Source: Candidatus Methylomirabilia bacterium
Lineage (GTDB): Bacteria; Methylomirabilota; Methylomirabilia; Rokubacteriales; CSP1-6
Length of the DNA stretch: 18,780 bases
Reading direction: 5' to 3'
Assembly (NCBI GenBank): GCA_041497895.1
Contig: JBGQHJ010000098.1
Location: 1-18,780, forward strand
A program made the translations under genes and the position numbers. Each line of letters opens with the position of its first letter. Position 1 is the first letter of the stretch. Positions 7,930 to 14,550 of this stretch are shown here, in pieces. The notes under the pieces are model-generated. The model was not told where the DNA came from, did not search any database, and was given only the letters and a program-made list of their open reading frames with translations.

Positions 7930-9444
7930 GTGACGACCGGCCATCTCGTCGAGGCCCTGACCGGCCGGAGCTGGGATCCTGCGACCGTGACGCGGGAGGT
8001 GCTGGCCCGGAGCGCGCGCTACGAGCGCCGCGGCCTCCGGGCCGGCGATCGGGTCTTCCTCCATCTCGGCAACCGACTCGAGTTCTTCGCCGAGCTCCTC
8101 GCGGTCTGGCGCCTTGGGGGATGTGCGGTCCCGGTGGACGGCCGCCTCACCGCCTTCGAGGTCGAGCGGCTGCTTGCGGCCGCCGCGCCCCGCTTCGCGG
8201 TGGTGGACGACGTCACCACTCCTGCGCCGGCCGCGAATGGAGTCGGCGTCGAGGTGATCGACGCCACCGAGACGTGCCCACCGGCCGAGACGGCGCCGGC
8301 GGAGCGCGCGCGGCCGCAGGACGACGCCCTCATCCTGTTCACCTCCGGCTCGACCAGCGAGCCCAAGGGCGTGGTGCACACCCACGCGTCGCTCCGCGCT
8401 CGCTGGGCCGCGCTCGAAGCGCACCTCGGGCTCGCCTCCTACGCCCGCGCCCTCTGCCTGCTTCCCACCCACTTCGGCCACGGGCTCATCTGCAACAGCC
8501 TCTTCCCCTGGCTCGCCGGGCAAGATCTCTTCATCACGCCGCCGTTCCGGGCCGAGATCCTGGTCCGGCTGGGCGCGCTCATCGACGAGCACCGGATCAC
8601 CTTCCTGTCATCGGTGCCCGCGCTGTGGCGCCTCGTCCTCCGGATGGCGCGTCCGCCGCGCGGGGGCACGCTTCACCGCGTTCACTGCGGCTCCGCGCCG
8701 CTGCCCGCGGCGCTCTGGGAGAACATCCGCGGGTGGGCCGGCACCCTCGAGGTCTTCAACACCTACGGGCTGACCGAGACCGGGAGCTGGGTCGCGGGCA
8801 CCTCGATCGGGCCGTTCACCCCGACCGATGGCCTGATCGGCGAGCCCTGGGGAGCTACCATCGAGGTCCGCCGCGCCGGCGACGCCGGGTCCGCCGAGGC
8901 AGACCGCTCCGCGCCGCCCTGCGCGCCCGGCGAGGTCGGTCGCCTGTGGATCAAGACGCCCGCCCTCATGCGCGGCTATCTCGGCTGCGACGAGCTGACC
9001 CGGCGGGTCGTCATCGACGGGTGGCTCGCCACCGGCGACCTCGGCCTGCTCGACGAGCGCGGCCGGCTGTTTCTCCACGGCCGCGAGCGCGAGGAGATCA
9101 ACAAGGGTGGCATCAAGATCTCCCCCGCGGAGGTGGACGCGGCGGCCGCGAGCTTCGTGAAGGTCTCGGACGCCTGCGCGTTCGCGGTGGACGATGCGCT
9201 CTACGGTCAGAACGTGGGGCTCGCGGTGGCCGTCAGCGAGAGCGGGGACACCACGATGCGCGAGCTCTACCACTGGATGCGGGCCCGGCTCACCGAGGCC
9301 AAGCTGCCGGTGCGCTGGTGGGTGCTCGACGCGATCCCCCGCTCGGACCGCGGCAAGCTGAGCCGCGAGGCGGTGCGCGACGCCTGCACCGGCCGTGCAC
9401 CGCTCGATCTGGCGCGCATCCTGCAGGCTCCCCGGGCGACCTAG
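7930..9444 (+). CDS. Stand-alone adenylate-forming enzyme (ANL superfamily; acyl-CoA or acyl-carrier-protein ligase-like)
   Basis: A3 LFTSGSTSEPKGV, A5 YGLTE, A7 ATGDLG, A8 GREREEINKGGIKISPAEV, A10 PRSDRGKL. Probable GTG start 7 bp after the GT2 stop. Confidence 0.9.
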   Translation: MTTGHLVEALTGRSWDPATVTREVLARSARYERRGLRAGDRVFLHLGNRLEFFAELLAVWRLGGCAVPVDGRLTAFEVERLLAAAAPRFAVVDDVTTPAPAANGVGVEVIDATETCPPAETAPAERARPQDDALILFTSGSTSEPKGVVHTHASLRARWAALEAHLGLASYARALCLLPTHFGHGLICNSLFPWLAGQDLFITPPFRAEILVRLGALIDEHRITFLSSVPALWRLVLRMARPPRGGTLHRVHCGSAPLPAALWENIRGWAGTLEVFNTYGLTETGSWVAGTSIGPFTPTDGLIGEPWGATIEVRRAGDAGSAEADRSAPPCAPGEVGRLWIKTPALMRGYLGCDELTRRVVIDGWLATGDLGLLDERGRLFLHGREREEINKGGIKISPAEVDAAAASFVKVSDACAFAVDDALYGQNVGLAVAVSESGDTTMRELYHWMRARLTEAKLPVRWWVLDAIPRSDRGKLSREAVRDACTGRAPLDLARILQAPRAT

Positions 9445-9451
9445 GATCGCG

Positions 9452-9739
9452 ATGCCCGCTCATCTCGAACGAGACGAGCTGCGCGCGCAGCTGAGGGCGC
9501 TGATCGCCGAGTTCGCCCGGCACGAGGACGGGGCGATCGACGACGATACGCCCCTGATCAGCTCGGCGCGGGTGGAATCGATCGCCCTGCTCAACGTGGC
9601 GATCTGGGTGGAAGAGCAGATCGACGCCGCGGTCGAGATCGCCTCCTTCGACCTCGCCGCGGAGTGGGATACCGTCGCCCAGATCCTGGACTTCGTCGAG
9701 AAGCACCGCCGCGATGACCGCGCGCGGCCACCGAGCTGA
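9452..9739 (+). CDS. Acyl/peptidyl carrier protein (phosphopantetheine attachment domain)
   Basis: Small acidic 95-aa protein with IDDDTPLISSARVESIALLNVAIWVEE and WDTVAQILDFV. The attachment Ser lies in a variant ES motif. Directly downstream of the ligase. Confidence 0.8.
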   Translation: MPAHLERDELRAQLRALIAEFARHEDGAIDDDTPLISSARVESIALLNVAIWVEEQIDAAVEIASFDLAAEWDTVAQILDFVEKHRRDDRARPPS

Positions 9740-9741
9740 GC

Positions 9742-10869
9742 GTGACGTACGAGATCGTCCGGTACGAGCCCGCGTTCCGGGACCAGGTGGCCGGGCTCCA
9801 GCGTCACCTCTGGGGCGACGACGCCTCCATCAACGCCGCGTACCTCGACTGGAAGTACCACCAGAACCCGTACCTCGCCGATCCGCTCATCTGCCTGGCC
9901 GTGCACGCCGGCCGGGTGGTCGGGATGCGCGGCATGTTCGGCGCGCGCTGGGAGATCGGCACGCCGGCCGAGCACGTCGTGGTGCCCTGCGCGGACGACT
10001 TCGTGATCGCCCCCGAGCATCGGAATCGCGGGCTGGTCGCCCGGATCATGAACGCGACCGTCGACCGCGTCGCCGCCGAGGGCTACCGCTACGCGTTCAG
10101 CCTGAGCGCCGGCCCGGTCACCATGATGGCCTCGCTCGCTACCGGCTGGCGGGGCGCCGGATCGATGCGGGCCGCGCAGCGCAAGGGCGTTGACGGATTG
10201 CTCACGCGGGCCTCCGCCCGACTGCGGAGGCTGCCGCTGCTGTGGCGCTACGCCGATCCGCTCGCGCGCCTTCAATATCGACTGAAGCGGCCGTTCGCCC
10301 GTCTGGACCGCGAGGCCCGGCGCGCCGGCGGCCCGCTCGATGCCGGCGTGCGGGTCGAGCCGGTGCCCCGGGTCGACGCGATGGCGGACCTCGTGCGCCG
10401 ACTCGGGCACGATGGGCGACTCCGCCATGTCCGGGATGAACGCTACCTGGCCTGGCGCTACCGGAATCCCCTCTACGAGTATCGGTTCCTGTTCCGGGAG
10501 GCCGACCGGCTGGAGGGCTATCTGGTGCTGCGGGCGGACCGAAAGGATCCGGCCCGCGGCGTCAACGTCGTGGACTGGGAGGCGACCACGCCGGCCCTTC
10601 GCGAAGAGCTGCTGCGCGCGGCGGTGGACTGGGGGAGCTTCCCCGAGCTGACCATCTGGACCGCGACGGTCCCGACCGACACGCTCGCGGCGGTCTCCGG
10701 CGCCGGGTTCGTACCGATAGGCGCCGGCTCCCGGACGAGGTCTTCCCACCCGATCCTGGTCTGCGACACTCGGCGACCGAGGCCGGCGCCCGACATGCTG
10801 CTGGGAGGGCGCCGTCTGCTGGACGCGGACACATGGGATATGCGGATGGTCTACTCCATGGCGGGATGA
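9742..10869 (+). CDS. GNAT-fold acyltransferase (extended, probably two GNAT-like domains)
   Basis: YLDWKYHQNP, GRVVG, motif A DFVIAPEHRNRGL, and a second-half RDERYLAWRYRNPLYEY..EGYLVL..VVDW pattern. GTG start 2 bp after the carrier protein stop. Confidence 0.82.
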   Translation: MTYEIVRYEPAFRDQVAGLQRHLWGDDASINAAYLDWKYHQNPYLADPLICLAVHAGRVVGMRGMFGARWEIGTPAEHVVVPCADDFVIAPEHRNRGLVARIMNATVDRVAAEGYRYAFSLSAGPVTMMASLATGWRGAGSMRAAQRKGVDGLLTRASARLRRLPLLWRYADPLARLQYRLKRPFARLDREARRAGGPLDAGVRVEPVPRVDAMADLVRRLGHDGRLRHVRDERYLAWRYRNPLYEYRFLFREADRLEGYLVLRADRKDPARGVNVVDWEATTPALREELLRAAVDWGSFPELTIWTATVPTDTLAAVSGAGFVPIGAGSRTRSSHPILVCDTRRPRPAPDMLLGGRRLLDADTWDMRMVYSMAG

Positions 10870-10882
10870 GCGCCGCGACGAC

Positions 10883-12457
10883 GTGAGACTCGCGTGGCTC
10901 CTCCTCCGCGGGCGGGATGCCGCCCTCGCCTGGCTCGTGGCGGGCGCGGTGGCGCTCGGCGGCTGCACCACCGCGGCTCCCGCCGGGCCACCGCCGGCCC
11001 CCGACTACGCCCGACCGGCGGCGGCGGACGGGCCACTGGCTGCGCTCGAGGCCACGGTGCGTGACGCGAGCGGCCCGGACGCTTCGGGCTTCCGGCTCCT
11101 CGAGCGCAACGAGGATGGTCTCCGGTGGCGCCTCGCCCTGGTGGACTCCGCCCGCTCCACGCTCGATCTGCAGTACTACGTCTGGGCGGGTGACACGAGC
11201 GGGCTCCTGCTCATGGAGCGCGTGGTCGCGGCCGCCGACCGCGGGGTGAAGGTCCGCATGATCATCGACGACCTCGACACCATGATGAAGGACGCGGACA
11301 CGCCCAAGGTGCGCGACTCGCCCATCGCGAAGATCGACCGGCATCCCAACATCGCGATACGGCTCTTCAACCCGTGGCACAACCGTTCCCTGGTCGGCCG
11401 TGGGGTCGAGTCGGCCGGCGACCTGGCGAGGCTCAACCACCGCATGCACAACAAGCTGTTCGTCGCCGACAACCGGGTCGCGATCATCGGGGGTCGCAAC
11501 ATCGGCGCCGAGTACCTCGGGCTGAACCCGAAGTACAACTTCTACGATCTCGACGTGCTCGGGGTCGGGCCGATGGCCCGGCAGGGCTCCACGGTCTTCG
11601 ATCGGTACTGGAACAGCCCCCTCGTGGTGGAGGTTTCCCGTCTCGACCTCAAGACCACACCCGGAGACCTGCCGGAGATGATGGCGAAGGTCACCGCCCG
11701 ACTCACCGCCGCGCCCGAGCTCTCGCGCTTCCCGCCACCGCCGCAGGACTGGACCGCGGAGCTGCAGGCCCTGCCCGCGACGCTCCAGCCGGGGCAGAGC
11801 CGGGTGGTGGCGGACCGGCCCGGGGAGGAGGCGGTCAGGCACTGGATGCCGCAAGCCATCCGGACCCTGATCGGGGCGGCGAAGCGCGAACTGCTGATCG
11901 CCAACGCCTATATCATTCCCGACCAGGACATGATCGACCTGTTGCACGCCCTGACCGCCCGAGGGGTCACGGTACGGATCCTCACCAACTCGCTGGCCAC
12001 CACCGACGTCCCTGCGGTCAACAGCCACTACAAGCTGTGGCGGCGTGACTTGATCCAGGCCGGCGTCCAGTTGCACGAGCTCCGTCCCGACGCGGCGCTG
12101 AAGGCCGCCGCTGCCGACACCCCACCGATCTCGTCGGTGTTCCTGGGGCTCCACGCCAAGGCCATCGTCCTGGACCGCGAGCGGGTCTTCGTGGGCTCGA
12201 TGAACCTCGATCCGCGCTCGGAGGGGGTCAACAGCGAGATGGGGGTGGTCGTGGAGAGCCCGGGCCTCGGTCGAATCGCGGCCAGCGCCATGGACGAGGC
12301 GATGAAACCCGAGAACAGCTGGCGGGTTGACCTCGATCCCGACGGGGACCTGCGCTGGGTCTCGGGAGTCCAGGTTCTACGCTTCCAGCCGGCCCGAAGC
12401 TTCTGGGACCGCGTCCTGGATCTCGTCTACGTGGTGTTCCCGCGGCAGCTGTACTAG
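10883..12457 (+). CDS. Phospholipase D family lipoprotein (ClsC/YmdC-like)
   Basis: Two HKD motifs (RMHNKLFVAD...GGRNIG; LHAKAIVLD...GSMNLDPRS), plus LDLQYYVW, AADRGVKVR and LTNSLATTD. N-terminal hydrophobic segment with lipobox LGGC. Confidence 0.9.
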   Translation: MRLAWLLLRGRDAALAWLVAGAVALGGCTTAAPAGPPPAPDYARPAAADGPLAALEATVRDASGPDASGFRLLERNEDGLRWRLALVDSARSTLDLQYYVWAGDTSGLLLMERVVAAADRGVKVRMIIDDLDTMMKDADTPKVRDSPIAKIDRHPNIAIRLFNPWHNRSLVGRGVESAGDLARLNHRMHNKLFVADNRVAIIGGRNIGAEYLGLNPKYNFYDLDVLGVGPMARQGSTVFDRYWNSPLVVEVSRLDLKTTPGDLPEMMAKVTARLTAAPELSRFPPPPQDWTAELQALPATLQPGQSRVVADRPGEEAVRHWMPQAIRTLIGAAKRELLIANAYIIPDQDMIDLLHALTARGVTVRILTNSLATTDVPAVNSHYKLWRRDLIQAGVQLHELRPDAALKAAAADTPPISSVFLGLHAKAIVLDRERVFVGSMNLDPRSEGVNSEMGVVVESPGLGRIAASAMDEAMKPENSWRVDLDPDGDLRWVSGVQVLRFQPARSFWDRVLDLVYVVFPRQLY

Positions 12458-12462
12458 CCCCC

Positions 12463-12547
12463 GGGCTTCGCCCGATCCGACCTCGCGCCCCGCGTGGTAG
12501 AGTCTGCCGAGCGCTCGGATCGCTCGAATCGGTCGGTGACGAAGCCC
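12463..12547. repeat. Intergenic imperfect inverted repeat enclosing a 12-bp palindrome and an extended -10-like element
   Basis: GGGCTTCG (12463-12470) pairs with CGAAGCCC (12540-12547), with further CCGA/TCGG pairing inside. Perfect palindrome CCGAGCGCTCGG at 12507-12518; TGgTAGAGT at 12495-12503. Confidence 0.5.
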
Positions 12548-12571
12548 ATGGACCTGGACAAGGAGAGGAAT

Positions 12572-13330
12572 ATGGCAAGGAATCACGCCGCCGATCACGG
12601 CCGTCGCGGCTTTCTCCAGCTTGCCGGGTACGGGCTCGGCGTGGCCGTCCTCGCTGGGCCGGCTCGCGCCAGCGCCCAGACGACGACCACACCGCTGCTC
12701 AAGATCGGCATGGTCGGGGCCGGACGCATGGGCGGTGCCCTCGGCGCCCTGTTCGTCAAGGCCGGGCACCCCGTGATGTTCTCGTCGCGCCATCCGGAGA
12801 ACCTGAAAGACCTCACCTCGCGTCTCGGGCCTCTCGCCCAGGCCGGCCCGGTCGAGCAGGCCGTCGCCTTCGGCGACGTGGTCGTGATGGTCGTCCCCTA
12901 CGCCGCGCTCGAGGAGATCGGCAAGGCGCACGGCCGCGTCCTCGCCACCAAGCCGCTGGTCATGGATGTCTGCAATCCGATTGCCCGGCGCGACGGTGAC
13001 GACCTGGTCAAGTGGGTCGGTGAGCAGGGCGGGGCCGGGCTGGCCAGCGCCAAGCTGCTGCCCGGGGCGCGCATCGTGCGCGCTTTCAACGGGATCAGCT
13101 ATCGCAGGGTGGGCGGGATCGCTCATCGCGCGGGCGGCCTCGTCGGCGTGCCCATCGCCGGCGACGATCCGAAGGCCATCACCCTCGCCGAGGGGCTCAT
13201 CCGCGGGATCGGATTCGAACCCGTCCTGGTGGGCGGCCTCGCCATGGGCAAGCACCTCCTTCCCGGCACCCCACTGGCCGAGGAGCACACGCCGGCGGAG
13301 ATTCGACAGATCGCCGCCGGCCTGCGCTGA
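12572..13330 (+). CDS. NAD(P)-binding oxidoreductase, F420_oxidored family (NADPH-dependent F420 reductase-like), with twin-arginine signal peptide
   Basis: KIGMVGAGRMGGALG, FSSRHPE, DVVVMVVPY, DVCNP, RIVRAFN, AGDD and GFEPV.VGGL. Tat motif GRRGFLQ followed by an h-region and ASA/Q cleavage site. AGGAGAGG SD before ATG12572. Confidence 0.87.
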   Translation: MARNHAADHGRRGFLQLAGYGLGVAVLAGPARASAQTTTTPLLKIGMVGAGRMGGALGALFVKAGHPVMFSSRHPENLKDLTSRLGPLAQAGPVEQAVAFGDVVVMVVPYAALEEIGKAHGRVLATKPLVMDVCNPIARRDGDDLVKWVGEQGGAGLASAKLLPGARIVRAFNGISYRRVGGIAHRAGGLVGVPIAGDDPKAITLAEGLIRGIGFEPVLVGGLAMGKHLLPGTPLAEEHTPAEIRQIAAGLR

Positions 13331-13341
13331 ATCGAGGACCT

Positions 13342-13752
13342 ATGGCTTACTGGCTCCTGAAGTCCGAGCCCGAGGATTGGTCGTGGGCCGCGCAGGTCGC
13401 GAAAGGCCGCGAAGGGGCGGAGTGGACAGGCATCCGTAACTTCTCGGCCCAGAACCACCTGCGCGCCATGAAGAAGGGCGAGCAGGCGTTCTTCTACCAC
13501 ACCGGCAAGGAGCGCGCGATCGTCGGCATCGTCCGGGTGATCGCGGAGGCTCACCCGGATTCGACGGACTCCGTCTGGCGCGCCGTCGACGTCGCCGCGG
13601 TGCGAAAGCTCCCGACCCCGGTCGGCCTCGACCAGATCAAGGCGGACCGACGCCTCACCGGCATGGCGCTGGCCCGCCTCCCGCGCCTGTCGGTCCAGCC
13701 GGTCTCGGAGGCCGAGTGGCGGATCGTCCGCCAGATGGGAGGACTCGGCTGA
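13342..13752 (+). CDS. EVE domain-containing protein (PUA-like fold)
   Basis: MAYWLLKSEP..WSW, WTGIRNFSAQN.LRAMKKGEQAFFYHTG and RLSVQPVSEAEW. GAGG SD. Confidence 0.95.
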   Translation: MAYWLLKSEPEDWSWAAQVAKGREGAEWTGIRNFSAQNHLRAMKKGEQAFFYHTGKERAIVGIVRVIAEAHPDSTDSVWRAVDVAAVRKLPTPVGLDQIKADRRLTGMALARLPRLSVQPVSEAEWRIVRQMGGLG

Positions 13753-13787
13753 AGGACCCCGGCCGACCCGCTCGAGCTGGCGCGCCG

Positions 13788-14405
13788 GTGGGCCCCGTGC
13801 TGCTGTGCGTGGCCTTCCTCGCGGGTTCTGTCCTCGACGCGTCTGGCCAGGCGCCGCGCTGCCGCCCGCCCGCCAGCGCGGTCAGCAAGAGCGGCGCGGT
13901 CACGCAGCTCCGCTTCGCGAACGGCAAGCGGGTCACCCTCACCGACGAGCCGGCCGGTGACGGTCAGGTCACGTACGAATACCGAGGGTACGACGAAGCC
14001 TCCGGTCTGCACTGGGTGCGGCTCACTCTCTGGGGCGGGCCCAGCTTCTGGGTCGAGGCCTACGGCGGCTGCACCGGGACCAAGCTGGTGCTCGACGACA
14101 TTCCGGTGGTCTCGCCCGACGGATCCCTTCTCGTGACGATCGGGCGCGGCGTGCCTCCCCGCCCGCTCGTCAATCGGATCCACGTGCTGTCACAGGCGCC
14201 TTCCGGCGAGTTCCGGATGGAGTGGGATTTCGAGCTGACCGTGTGGGCCCACGACGACGGCCCCCTCACCTGGGGCCCGGTCAACCCGCGGTGGGTGACC
14301 GCGAAATCGCTCACCTTCGATCGGGTCGATGCCCAGGGGCGCCTGGTCGGCACCGCCGTCGCATCGCGCGACGACCGCGGGTGGCACTTCGCGGTCGTGA
14401 AGTGA
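13788..14405 (+). CDS. Hypothetical secreted protein
   Basis: GC3-rich ORF filling the gap. Hydrophobic N-terminus VLLCVAFLAGSVLDASG, beta-rich body, PVVSPDGSLLVT motif. Start uncertain (GTG13788, GTG13797 or 13716). Confidence 0.65.
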   Translation: MGPVLLCVAFLAGSVLDASGQAPRCRPPASAVSKSGAVTQLRFANGKRVTLTDEPAGDGQVTYEYRGYDEASGLHWVRLTLWGGPSFWVEAYGGCTGTKLVLDDIPVVSPDGSLLVTIGRGVPPRPLVNRIHVLSQAPSGEFRMEWDFELTVWAHDDGPLTWGPVNPRWVTAKSLTFDRVDAQGRLVGTAVASRDDRGWHFAVVK

Positions 14406-14478
14406 CGCACGGTGGACTACCTTCGCAGACGGGCGACTCAGCCGCCGATCGTCACCCTGGAGAGCTGACGCGGTGGTG

Positions 14479-14509
14479 ACCCGACGAATCTTCATCGTCG
14501 TCGTCGGGT
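14479..14509. repeat. Stem-loop with a 9-bp perfect stem, possible terminator or mRNA boundary
   Basis: ACCCGACGA (14479-14487) pairs with TCGTCGGGT (14501-14509), 13-nt loop, no U-tract. Confidence 0.4.
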
Positions 14510-14515
14510 GAGGCA

Positions 14516-14544
14516 TTGACAGCAGGTCTTCCGCCGGTGAAGAT
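14516..14544 (+). promoter_or_regulatory. Putative promoter for the copper monooxygenase gene
   Basis: Perfect TTGACA (14516-14521), 17 bp spacer, weak -10 GAAGAT (14539-14544), 6 bp before ATG14551. Confidence 0.4.
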
Positions 14545-14550
14545 CCGACC

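Noticed and set aside
7930..9739. dltA/dltC or NRPS assignment
   Set aside because: The ligase lacks the amino-binding Asp, and there is no DltB/DltD, condensation or thioesterase gene in the window.
4630..12154. Long alternative-frame and antisense ORFs (4630-5865 -, 5094-6428 +, 8121-9494 +, 9460-10971 -, 10562-12154 -, and similar ones elsewhere)
   Set aside because: They overlap well-supported genes, are Arg/Pro/Gly/Ala-rich without motifs, and are expected shadow ORFs in high-GC DNA.
10883..13752. Anti-phage defence reading of PLD plus EVE (and cyclase plus YaeQ as Pycsar-like)
   Set aside because: The PLD is a two-HKD lipoprotein of the ClsC type, not a Nuc-like nuclease. EVE is stand-alone. 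The cyclase is a multi-TM signalling type with no recognisable cyclic-nucleotide-binding effector next to it. No mobile or defence island context.
14403..14468. In-frame continuation after the TGA of the hypothetical protein (RTVDYLRRRATQPPIVTLES*), considered as selenocysteine or readthrough
   Set aside because: No redox-motif context and no convincing SECIS-like hairpin right after the TGA. A 20-codon open stretch is expected by chance at this GC content.
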